DNA of 64,000 nucleotides, taken from the NCBI GenBank assembly GCA_046290465.1, contig JBKAGP010000001.1, positions 2,688,001 to 2,752,000 of the forward strand, in the 5' to 3' direction. A model generated the notes under the pieces. It was not told the DNA's origin, ran no database searches, and saw only the letters and a program-made list of their open reading frames with translations. Each line of letters begins with the position of its first letter. The stretch's first letter is position 1. The stretch is from Planctomycetota bacterium (GTDB taxonomy: Bacteria; Planctomycetota; UBA1135; UBA2386). Made by a program: the position numbers and the translations under genes. This document shows, piece by piece, positions 56,728 through 64,000 of this stretch.

Positions 56728-58380
56728 CTACTTGGCGCCGGTCAGCTCCTGCAGCAGCGCCTTCTCCTCGTAGATCTTGTCGAGGGCCTCGACCATGATC
56801 GCCGTGTGCACGCCGACGCAGCGGTTGACCTCTTCGTCGAACCAGTAGTTGCCCGGCAGCGACTCGATGTTGCCGTCGAACACCAGGCCGACGACCTTCG
56901 CGTTGCGGTCCAGGATCGGGCTACCCGAGTTGCCGCCGATGATGTCGCAGGTGCAGACGAAGTTGTACGGCGTGTTCCAGTCGAGCTTGCCCTTGGCGTC
57001 GAGCCACTGCTTGGGCAGATCGAACGGGTGCTCGTTGTCGAACGCGGCGTTGCGCTCGTAGAGGCCGTGCACGGTGGTCTTCGGCGAGACCTTGGTGGTG
57101 CCCGCTTCGTAGCCCTTGACGGTGCCGTAGGCCAGACGCAGCGTGAACGTCGCGTCGGGGTAGTTCTTGTCGCCGTAGACGTCGAAGCGCGCCTTGTTGA
57201 TCGTCGACTTGTGCTCGGCGACCGCCTCGGTGGCCGCCGCCATGTCGCGGCGCATGACCTGGAAGTTGACGCGCTCACCCGAGTGCTTGGCGACCAGCTT
57301 CTCCATCTCTTCCTTGATCGCGGCGAACGCGGCCTTGACCTCTTCCTTGCCCGACTGCTCGATCAGCTCTTCGTCGCGCGCCTTGATCAGCGCCATTCGA
57401 TCCTCGTCGAGCAGGCCGTTGAGGTGGCCGGTGAACGCCTTGAGGCTGTTCATCTGGCCGAAGTAGGTGTCGCGCAGGCGGAACGCCGCCTCTTCGCTCT
57501 GCTCCATGCGCTGCTTGATGACCTTGACGTTGTTGGTCAGCAGCGCGACGACCTGCGGGGTCCACAGGTCGCGGTGCATCACCATCTCGTCGTAGGTCAG
57601 CGAACGCTCGGTGCCGCCCGGGTGGCCCGACACGAACACGAGGTCGTCGGCCTTGGCGCCCTCGGTCTCGAACTGGAAGTACCACTTCGACGAGTCGATC
57701 GGCTTGCCGTCCTCGTAGACGCGGAAGAACGCGCAGTCGAGGCACCACCGCGGGTAGGTGAAGTTGTCGTAGTCACCGCCGTAGAACGCGACCTGCTTGG
57801 CGGGCGCGAACACCAGGCGCACGTCGTCGTAGACGTGGTAGACGTAGGCGCGGTACTGGTTGCCGTCGTAGAGCGACACCGGCTGCGCTTCGAGGTGCTT
57901 GCTCTCGTCGCTGAGGCCGTCGCAGATCTCGGTCAGCTTCGCCTCGACGTCGCCGTCCTCCTCGGCCTTGACCGCCATGATCTCGGCGGTGATGTCCTTG
58001 ACGTCGACGAGCTGGCGCAGCACCAGGTCGGTGCCGGGCACTTCCTTGCCGTAGAGGCGCGCGCTGAAGCCCGGCTCGACCCAGTCCTTCTCGGGCGTCG
58101 AGACCTTCTGGATGGTCTCGAGCGCGACGTGGTGGTTGGTCATGACCAGACCGTTCGGCGAGACGAACGAGCCCGAGCCGCCGGTGTCGAAGCGCACCGA
58201 GCCGAGGCGCACGTGGTCGAGCCACTCCTTGGTCGGCTCGAAGTCGTACTTCTCCTTCAGCTGCTTGAGCGGCAGGCTGTCGAACGGCCACATGCCCTCG
58301 TCGGGGCGGGTCGATTCGGGGAGGGTCGTGCCGAGCGCCAGAACGGCGAGGGCGAACGGGATGACAGGGGTGAATTGCAT
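56728..58380 (-). CDS. S46 family dipeptidyl peptidase (compact)
   Basis: Signal peptide, DEGMW, TNHHV, GGD.DNF.YPR, PDA.FTLRL.YG.VKGY, DIIGGNSGSP, FDGN. Confidence 0.92.
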   Translation of the reverse strand: MQFTPVIPFALAVLALGTTLPESTRPDEGMWPFDSLPLKQLKEKYDFEPTKEWLDHVRLGSVRFDTGGSGSFVSPNGLVMTNHHVALETIQKVSTPEKDWVEPGFSARLYGKEVPGTDLVLRQLVDVKDITAEIMAVKAEEDGDVEAKLTEICDGLSDESKHLEAQPVSLYDGNQYRAYVYHVYDDVRLVFAPAKQVAFYGGDYDNFTYPRWCLDCAFFRVYEDGKPIDSSKWYFQFETEGAKADDLVFVSGHPGGTERSLTYDEMVMHRDLWTPQVVALLTNNVKVIKQRMEQSEEAAFRLRDTYFGQMNSLKAFTGHLNGLLDEDRMALIKARDEELIEQSGKEEVKAAFAAIKEEMEKLVAKHSGERVNFQVMRRDMAAATEAVAEHKSTINKARFDVYGDKNYPDATFTLRLAYGTVKGYEAGTTKVSPKTTVHGLYERNAAFDNEHPFDLPKQWLDAKGKLDWNTPYNFVCTCDIIGGNSGSPILDRNAKVVGLVFDGNIESLPGNYWFDEEVNRCVGVHTAIMVEALDKIYEEKALLQELTGAK

Positions 58381-58491
58381 TGGAGTCCTCTACGTGCGCA
58401 GCCGGCTCGTGCGAGCTGCGGGGGGAGGATCATATGCAAACGGAGGCCGGGGTACGCGGTTCGTTCGGGGCACTTTGTGGCGGAGAGTTGG

Positions 58492-58513
58492 AGGATGAAC
58501 CAGGTACCGTACG
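58492..58513. repeat. degenerate half copy of REP-like element
   Basis: AGGATGAACCAGGTACCGTACG versus AGGATGAACCCGGTTCGGTACG in copy 1. Confidence 0.5.
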
Positions 58514-58591
58514 GCAACCGTACGTGGAGCGGCCCGCTGCATCTTGCGATGGAGCGGGCCGCTTGTGGGGATGGATCGCGAGGGTGGGCGG

Positions 58592-59686
58592 CTACTTGTC
58601 GCCGCCGTCCTCGGTCATCTTGGCGACGAGGTCCTTGGCGATGCGGGTCGCCTCCTCGCCGTCGTGGCCGCGGTAGTGGATCTTGAACTCGCTGTCCAGG
58701 ATCACGACCGTCGGCCAGCCCTTGACCGCCCAGTCGGTGGAGATCTTCTCCGGCCGACCTTCGTTCTGGTTCTGGAAGCTGCGCCAGTTGAGCTTGTTCT
58801 CGGCGATGGCCTTCTTGGCGCGCTCGATCGTGCTGTCACTGTTGACACCGACCAGAGCGAACGGCTTGTCCTTCATCTCTTCCACGAGCGACCGCTCGTG
58901 CGGGTACATGGCCCGGCAAGGGCCTCACCAGTCGCCCCAGAAGTCGAGGAAGATGACCTTGCCCTTGTAGTCGCTCAGCTTGAACGCCACGCCGTCGAGG
59001 TCGACGCCCGCGATGTCGGGGGCCGTGCAGCCGATCCCGAACTTCTCGCGCTCGTCGATCGCGCCGTTGATCTGGCCGACGAGGCCCTTGTCCTCGACCT
59101 TCCCGGCGATCGCGAGCAGCTTGGCGCGCGCCGCCTGGTACTCGTCACCCTCGATGTCGGCCGAGGTGATCGTCTTCTGGTGCGTCGCGAACAACGCCCA
59201 ACCGCGAACGTCCACCGACTTGCTCTGCATGAGCTTCGCGCGGGCGTCCTTGGCGAACTCCGGCGACACGATGCGATCGAGGAACGGGATCATGCGACCC
59301 ATCGCCGCCAGCTTGGGGCTGTCGATGTGGTCCTTCAGCAGCACCTCGAGGGCCGGACGCGCCTTCTGCTGGTCGAGGTTCACGACCATCATCAGGAAGT
59401 CGATGGCCTCGTCCTTGCCGGCGTAGTCCTTCGCGTATTCCAGCGCCTTGTCGGCGACCGGACCGAAGTCGGGGCGCATGCGCATCGCGCGAACGGGCTT
59501 GCCGTCCTGCGGCTTCTGCGCCTGCTTCATCGAATCGCGCCACTCCTTGACCGCCTGCTGCTGCAGGTCATTGAGCTCCTGCATGCGCTCGGCGGCGCTC
59601 GGCGCCTTGGTGACGGGTTTGGCGGGCTCCTGCGCGGCGACCGTGCCGAGCAGCAGAACCCCCGCCAGGAGGGATAGGGTCTTCAT
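58592..59686 (-). CDS. exported TlpA/ResA-like thiol-disulfide oxidoreductase, selenoprotein (UGA at 58925-58927 read as Sec; U-G-P-C)
   Basis: ORFs 58925-59686 and 58592-58909 are in frame and joined by TGA-GGC-CCT-TGC, giving LDFWGDW-U-GPC; downstream GVNSD and WPT..ILD complete the fold; 364 aa. Confidence 0.9.
58883..58924 (-). promoter_or_regulatory. putative bacterial SECIS element
   Basis: After UGA: GGCCC-UUGCC-GGGCC hairpin, then CACGAGC-GGUC-GCUCGUG stem-loop whose G-initiated loop starts 32 nt after UGA. Confidence 0.65.
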
Positions 59687-59844
59687 GTGGGTATCTCCGA
59701 GAACGTGTTCGCGCCAACCGGGCGCGACCCGACCACTCTGGACAGACGGACCCCGCGGTGCAACTCCAGCGTGGCCGGCCGCCGCGCCGTGTTACAGGGA
59801 TGACAAGGCTGCGGCGGCACCGCGGTCCACCGTAGGATGACGCC

Positions 59845-60669
59845 GTGACCGTCCGCTCCCGTGTGCACCAGGTGCTCGAAGGCCACCACGAGCCGATCGG
59901 CAGCATCGTGCGCTGGCTGCTCGCCGCGCTGATCGTTGCCAACGTCTTCGCCGTGGTCATGGAGACCGTGCCGTCGTTCCGCGCCCGCCACGCGACGGCG
60001 CTGGCCAACTTCGAGGCGGCATCGCTGGCGGTGTTCTCGATCGAATACGGGCTGCGCATGTGGTCGGCCGGCGAACACGCGCGCTTCCAAGGCCTGCTCG
60101 GCCGCCTGCGCTGGATGTTCACGCTCGGCGCGATCATCGACCTGCTGGCGATCGTCCCGGCGGTGTTCGTCACCGACATGCGGCTGGTGCGGCTGCTGCG
60201 CCTGGCCCGCCTGATCCGCATCGCCAAGCTCGGCCGCTACTCGCTCGCCCTGCGCACGCTGCGGCACGTGATGTTCGCGCGGCTGCCCGACCTGGTGTCG
60301 CTGAGCTTCGTGCTGCTGATCCTGCTGGTGCTCAGCTCGTCGCTGATGTTCCACCTCGAACACGACGCGCAACCGGAGCAGTTCTCGAGCATCCCGGCGA
60401 CGATGTGGTGGGGCATCGTCACGCTGACCACGATCGGTTACGGCGACATGGCACCGATCACGGTCGAAGGCCGCCTGCTCGGCGCGGTCGTCGCGGTGCT
60501 CGGCATCGGCATGTTCGCGCTGCCGGCCGGCCTGCTCGGCGGTGCGTTCGTCGAGGAGCTTGGCAAGGCCCGCCGGCAGGCGCGCGAACAGCGCGCGGCG
60601 GCGGTGGCCGAAACCCCGACGCAGTGCCCCCACTGCAACCGGCCGCTGTCCGCGGACGCAACCCCGTGA
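59845..60669 (+). CDS. voltage-gated potassium channel (6TM ion transporter)
   Basis: S4 RLVRLLRLARLIRIAK, pore TLTTIGYGD, C-terminal CPHC. Confidence 0.93.
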   Translation: MTVRSRVHQVLEGHHEPIGSIVRWLLAALIVANVFAVVMETVPSFRARHATALANFEAASLAVFSIEYGLRMWSAGEHARFQGLLGRLRWMFTLGAIIDLLAIVPAVFVTDMRLVRLLRLARLIRIAKLGRYSLALRTLRHVMFARLPDLVSLSFVLLILLVLSSSLMFHLEHDAQPEQFSSIPATMWWGIVTLTTIGYGDMAPITVEGRLLGAVVAVLGIGMFALPAGLLGGAFVEELGKARRQAREQRAAAVAETPTQCPHCNRPLSADATP

Positions 60670-60679
60670 CGCCATCGAC

Positions 60680-62002
60680 ATGAAGGGCTCCCGCCTGCAC
60701 AAGCTCTGGGACCAGCTGACCTCGAGCTACTGGTTCGTGCCGCTGGTCGTGACCGGCATGATGATCGCGCTGGGCTTCGCGCTGGTCGCGCTCGACCGCT
60801 CGCCGACATCGGTCGACTGGATCTCGTGGATGGACGCGAGCCAGCCAGAAGGCGCGCGCGCGCTGCTGTCGACGATCGCCGGGGCGACGATCACGATCGC
60901 CAGCCTGACGTTCTCGATCACGATCGTGGCGCTGACGCTGGCGTCGGGGCAGTTCGGCAACCGACTGCTCTACAAGTTCATGCGCAGCCGGGTCAGCCAG
61001 TGCGCGCTCGGCACGTTTGTCGGCGTGTTCGCGTACTGCCTGGTGGTGCTGCAGAGCGTGCGCTCGGGGCCGGCCGAGCCGTTCGTACCCCGGCTGGCGA
61101 CGAGCCTCGCGGTGGCGTTCGCGATCGCCGGCGTCGGGCTGCTGGTCTACTTCATCCACCACGTCGCGCTGTCGATCCAGGCGACCACGATCATCGCGTC
61201 GGTCAGCGAGGACCTGCGCGACAGCATCGAGCGCTTCTTCCCGGCGGATCGGGACGGATCGCGCGACGACGACGACCGCGAGGCCTCGGCGGCGCCCGAC
61301 GGCCAGGCGGTGCGCGCGGCCCGCGGCGGCATCCTGCAGGTCGTCGAGGCCGACGGGCTGGTGGCGATCGCGAAGGAACACGGCGCCTGCTTCCACCTCG
61401 AGCGACGGCCGGGCGACTACGTCGTCGAAGGAACGGCGCTCGCGCGGCTCTGTGGCGACACGCGGGTCGACGACGACGTGCTGCAGCGCGCCGCGCAGCA
61501 GTTCGTGCTCGGTCGCCGGCGCACGCTGATCCAGGACGTCGAGTTCGCGCTGCAGCAGCTGGTCGAGATCGCCGTGCGCGCACTGTCGCCGGGCATCAAC
61601 GATCCGTTCACCGCCTGCTCGTGCATCGACGAGCTGGCCTCGGCCCTGGCGCGCATCATGACCAAGGGCGAGCTGCCTGGCGGCATCCGCGATCAGGACG
61701 GCGTGCTGCGCGTCGCGCTCGACGTCACCGGCTTCGACGGCCTGACGGCCGCGGCGTTCGACCAGATCCGCCAGCACGCCGCGCGCAGCGTCGCCGTACG
61801 CATCCGCCTGCTCGACCGCCTGCGAGTGCTGGCCGGCCTCGCGGCGCGCGACGAACACCTCGCCGCGATCGAGCAACAGGCGGTCGCGACGTTCGACGGC
61901 GAAGGCGACGGCCTGGTCGACAAGGACCTGAGAGACCTGCGCGCCCGACGCGAACGGTTCGACCGGACGCTGGCGCAGCGACGCGGCGAACTTTCGGCGT
62001 GA
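60680..62002 (+). CDS. DUF2254 family membrane protein
   Basis: SYWFVP, AR.LLSTIAG, LTLASGQF..RL, FIHH, QLVEIAVRALSPGINDPFTA. Confidence 0.9.
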   Translation: MKGSRLHKLWDQLTSSYWFVPLVVTGMMIALGFALVALDRSPTSVDWISWMDASQPEGARALLSTIAGATITIASLTFSITIVALTLASGQFGNRLLYKFMRSRVSQCALGTFVGVFAYCLVVLQSVRSGPAEPFVPRLATSLAVAFAIAGVGLLVYFIHHVALSIQATTIIASVSEDLRDSIERFFPADRDGSRDDDDREASAAPDGQAVRAARGGILQVVEADGLVAIAKEHGACFHLERRPGDYVVEGTALARLCGDTRVDDDVLQRAAQQFVLGRRRTLIQDVEFALQQLVEIAVRALSPGINDPFTACSCIDELASALARIMTKGELPGGIRDQDGVLRVALDVTGFDGLTAAAFDQIRQHAARSVAVRIRLLDRLRVLAGLAARDEHLAAIEQQAVATFDGEGDGLVDKDLRDLRARRERFDRTLAQRRGELSA

Positions 62003-62106
62003 GTGCTGCGTGCGGTGGTTGCCCGCCACCCGCACCAGCCGGCCCCTCTGGGCGGTGTGTCCGTGCCGACGGCGGCCTGACGCCGGCACGGCAGCTAGGC
62101 ACAGCC

Positions 62107-62502
62107 TCAACTCCAGTAGCTCGTGTGACCCGGGTTCTGCCCCTGTAGCACGACGGACTTCCAGCGGCCATCGGGCTCGAGCGTGATGTCGAGCAAGCTG
62201 CCACCTTCCGTCAGCATCGTGTAGCCACTGCCGTTGTTCGCCGCGTAGCCGCTCTCGTCCTCGAGCCAGATCGCGACGTTGTCGACCACGAGCCAGACGT
62301 CGACCCGGAAATTCCCTCGCTGCCCACCGACCGGCGCGACGGCGATGACGAGGTCACCCATGGTCGAGATCGGATCGCCCGCGGCGTCCGTGACCTCGTA
62401 GGTCGCCGGCCCGAGCGACGGCGGAGAACCAGCCGGTGCCGCAGCCCGAGCGCTGGAGACGAGAGTGAGGAGCAGGATGAGCAGCGAAGCGATGCGAATC
62501 AT
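62107..62502 (-). CDS. small secreted hypothetical protein
   Basis: Signal peptide (ARA-A) and beta-rich mature region; fills the gap between genes. Confidence 0.6.
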   Translation of the reverse strand: MIRIASLLILLLTLVSSARAAAPAGSPPSLGPATYEVTDAAGDPISTMGDLVIAVAPVGGQRGNFRVDVWLVVDNVAIWLEDESGYAANNGSGYTMLTEGGSLLDITLEPDGRWKSVVLQGQNPGHTSYWS

Positions 62503-62650
62503 GGGATCGTGCAGATGCCGGGATCGAGTCGTGCCGTTCGGACGACCAGTGGTCCGAACCGTCGCACGAGTTCGTCATGCCCCGGTCGCCACGGATGTTT
62601 CGGAAACACGTCCCTTTCCCCGCGGAAGCCCGCCGGCCTACCATCTCCGC

Positions 62651-63886
62651 GTGCCATCGCCTGCGCTGCTGCTCCCCGAACGATCCTCCACCGAGCCCGA
62701 GGGCCTGGCCGAATACCGCCAGCGCGGCGGCTACCAGGGCCTTTCCGCCGTCCAGCAGCGCGGTCCCGCGTGGCTGTGCGACGAGGTCGAGGCGTCGGGG
62801 CTGCGCGGGCGCGGTGGCGCGGCGTTCCCGACGATCCGCAAGTGGCGCCTGGCGGCGGATGCCGAGGGCGGCGAGAAGTACATCGTCGCCAATGGCGGCG
62901 AGCACGAGCCGGGCAGCAACAAGGACCGCCATCTGGTCGAACGGCATCCACACGCGGTGCTCGAGGGCCTGCTGTGTGCGGGCCTCGCGACCGGGGCGAG
63001 CAAGGGCTACCTGTACCTGATCGAGGACATGGATGGCCCGCGCAGGAGCGCCGAGATGGCGGTGCGCGAGGCGGAGCAAGCGGGGTTGCTGCCGTTTCCG
63101 GTCGAGATCCACCTCGGGCCGACGACCTACGTCGCCGGTGAGGAGACCGCGGCGCTCAACTCGATCGAGGGCCAGCCGGCCAAGCCTCGCAAGAAGCCGC
63201 CGTTCCCCGGCGAAGCGGGGCTGTTCGGCAAGCCGACGACGGTGAACAACACCGAGACGCTGGCGCACGTCGCGTGGATCGCGCGCGAGGGCAGCGCGCC
63301 GTTCGCCGCGATCGGCACCGCCGAGAGCAAGGGCACGCTGCTGTTCACGCTCGGCGACGAGGTGAACCGGCCCGGCGTCTACGAGTTGCCGTTCGGCGCC
63401 AGCTACCGCGACCTGATCGAGGGCTGCGGCGGCGGCGTCCGGGACGGCAAGGCGATCCGCGCGATCCTGCCGGCGATGTCGGCGCCGTTCCTGCACGCGA
63501 GCCTGCTCGACGTGCCGATCGGCTACGAGACGCTCGCCGCGCACGGCAGCGGCCCCGGCTGCGGCGGGGTGCGCATCGTGACCGAGGACACCGACGTGGT
63601 CGCGATGACGATCGAGATCGCCGAGTTCTTCATGAAGGAGCAGTGCGGCCAGTGCCCGCCGTGTCGCATGGAGACCAACCAGTTCGTGCACATCCTCAAG
63701 GCCGTGCAGGCCGGCAAGGGGCCGGGCTACGACGCCAAGCTGACCAGGCTGGCGACGTTCTCGCGCCGCAAGGGCCACTGCTCGTTGATCGAGATGGCGG
63801 CGGCTCCCGTGGTCAGCGCGCTGAGCGTGTTCGCCGACGACTTCGCCGCGGCCGCCGGCCCGGGCACGCCCGACGCCGACAGCTAG
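62651..63886 (+). CDS. stand-alone NuoF-like NAD(P)H-binding FMN/[4Fe-4S] protein
   Basis: SGLRGRGGAAFP, EPG..KDR, YVAGEETA, KPP.P...GL.GKPT.VNN.ETL, CGQCPPC...C. Confidence 0.9.
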   Translation: MPSPALLLPERSSTEPEGLAEYRQRGGYQGLSAVQQRGPAWLCDEVEASGLRGRGGAAFPTIRKWRLAADAEGGEKYIVANGGEHEPGSNKDRHLVERHPHAVLEGLLCAGLATGASKGYLYLIEDMDGPRRSAEMAVREAEQAGLLPFPVEIHLGPTTYVAGEETAALNSIEGQPAKPRKKPPFPGEAGLFGKPTTVNNTETLAHVAWIAREGSAPFAAIGTAESKGTLLFTLGDEVNRPGVYELPFGASYRDLIEGCGGGVRDGKAIRAILPAMSAPFLHASLLDVPIGYETLAAHGSGPGCGGVRIVTEDTDVVAMTIEIAEFFMKEQCGQCPPCRMETNQFVHILKAVQAGKGPGYDAKLTRLATFSRRKGHCSLIEMAAAPVVSALSVFADDFAAAAGPGTPDADS

Positions 63887-63888
63887 CC

Positions 63889-64000
63889 GTGCCACGCTTC
63901 TACGCAGCCTGCACCCTCGGCCTCGAGGAAGTGCTCGTCGACGAACTGCACGGCGTCGAGGCGTCGAACATCCGCGCCCGCCGCGGCGGCGTCGAGTTCA
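63889..64000 (+). CDS. THUMP-domain RNA methyltransferase (RlmL-like), 5' part, truncated by window end
   Basis: VPRFYAACTLGLEEVL.DEL...GGVEF N-terminus. Confidence 0.7.
   Translation, partial: MPRFYAACTLGLEEVLVDELHGVEASNIRARRGGVEF

Noticed and set aside
58592..58909. Independent 105-aa ORF, or pseudogene call for the TlpA gene
   Set aside because: It is in frame with the upstream ORF across a UGA at the catalytic Cys position; better explained as Sec recoding.
62651..63886. Part of a complex I (nuo) operon
   Set aside because: No other nuo genes flank it on either side.

Overview
Very GC-rich bacterial chromosomal window, densely coding with about 54 CDS. No rRNA, tRNA, CRISPR array or transposase was recognised. 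The gene repertoire (ECF sigma factor/Ser-Thr kinase pairs, ARWDG-repeat secreted protein, AlgE-like porins, EboE) suggests an uncultured Planctomycetota lineage; this is inference. Main items: (1) a hidden selenoprotein: two 'separate' ORFs at 58592-59686 are one TlpA-like thioredoxin with an in-frame UGA in W-U-G-P-C and a SECIS-like hairpin. (2) A sigma-54-driven operon of ATP-grasp ligase fused to a degenerate M20 domain, a cytoplasmic GGT and an N-formylglutamate amidohydrolase, facing a sigma-54 activator-MscK operon; this is a candidate glutamyl-peptide/osmolyte system. (3) A Tat-exported Psr/Arr-like molybdoenzyme operon with no membrane anchor but two tandem outer-membrane porins. (4) boxC-boxB with no boxA, followed by a NuoE-type [2Fe-2S] ferredoxin, with an orphan NuoF-like flavoprotein about 10 kb away. 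(5) A 2006-aa DUF4011-helicase-nuclease-DUF3320 (Hhe-type) defence gene. (6) A REP-like palindrome family, several short tandem repeats and a porin gene relic. All product calls come from motif recognition by eye, not database searches. Start codons were re-picked manually from the ORF track.
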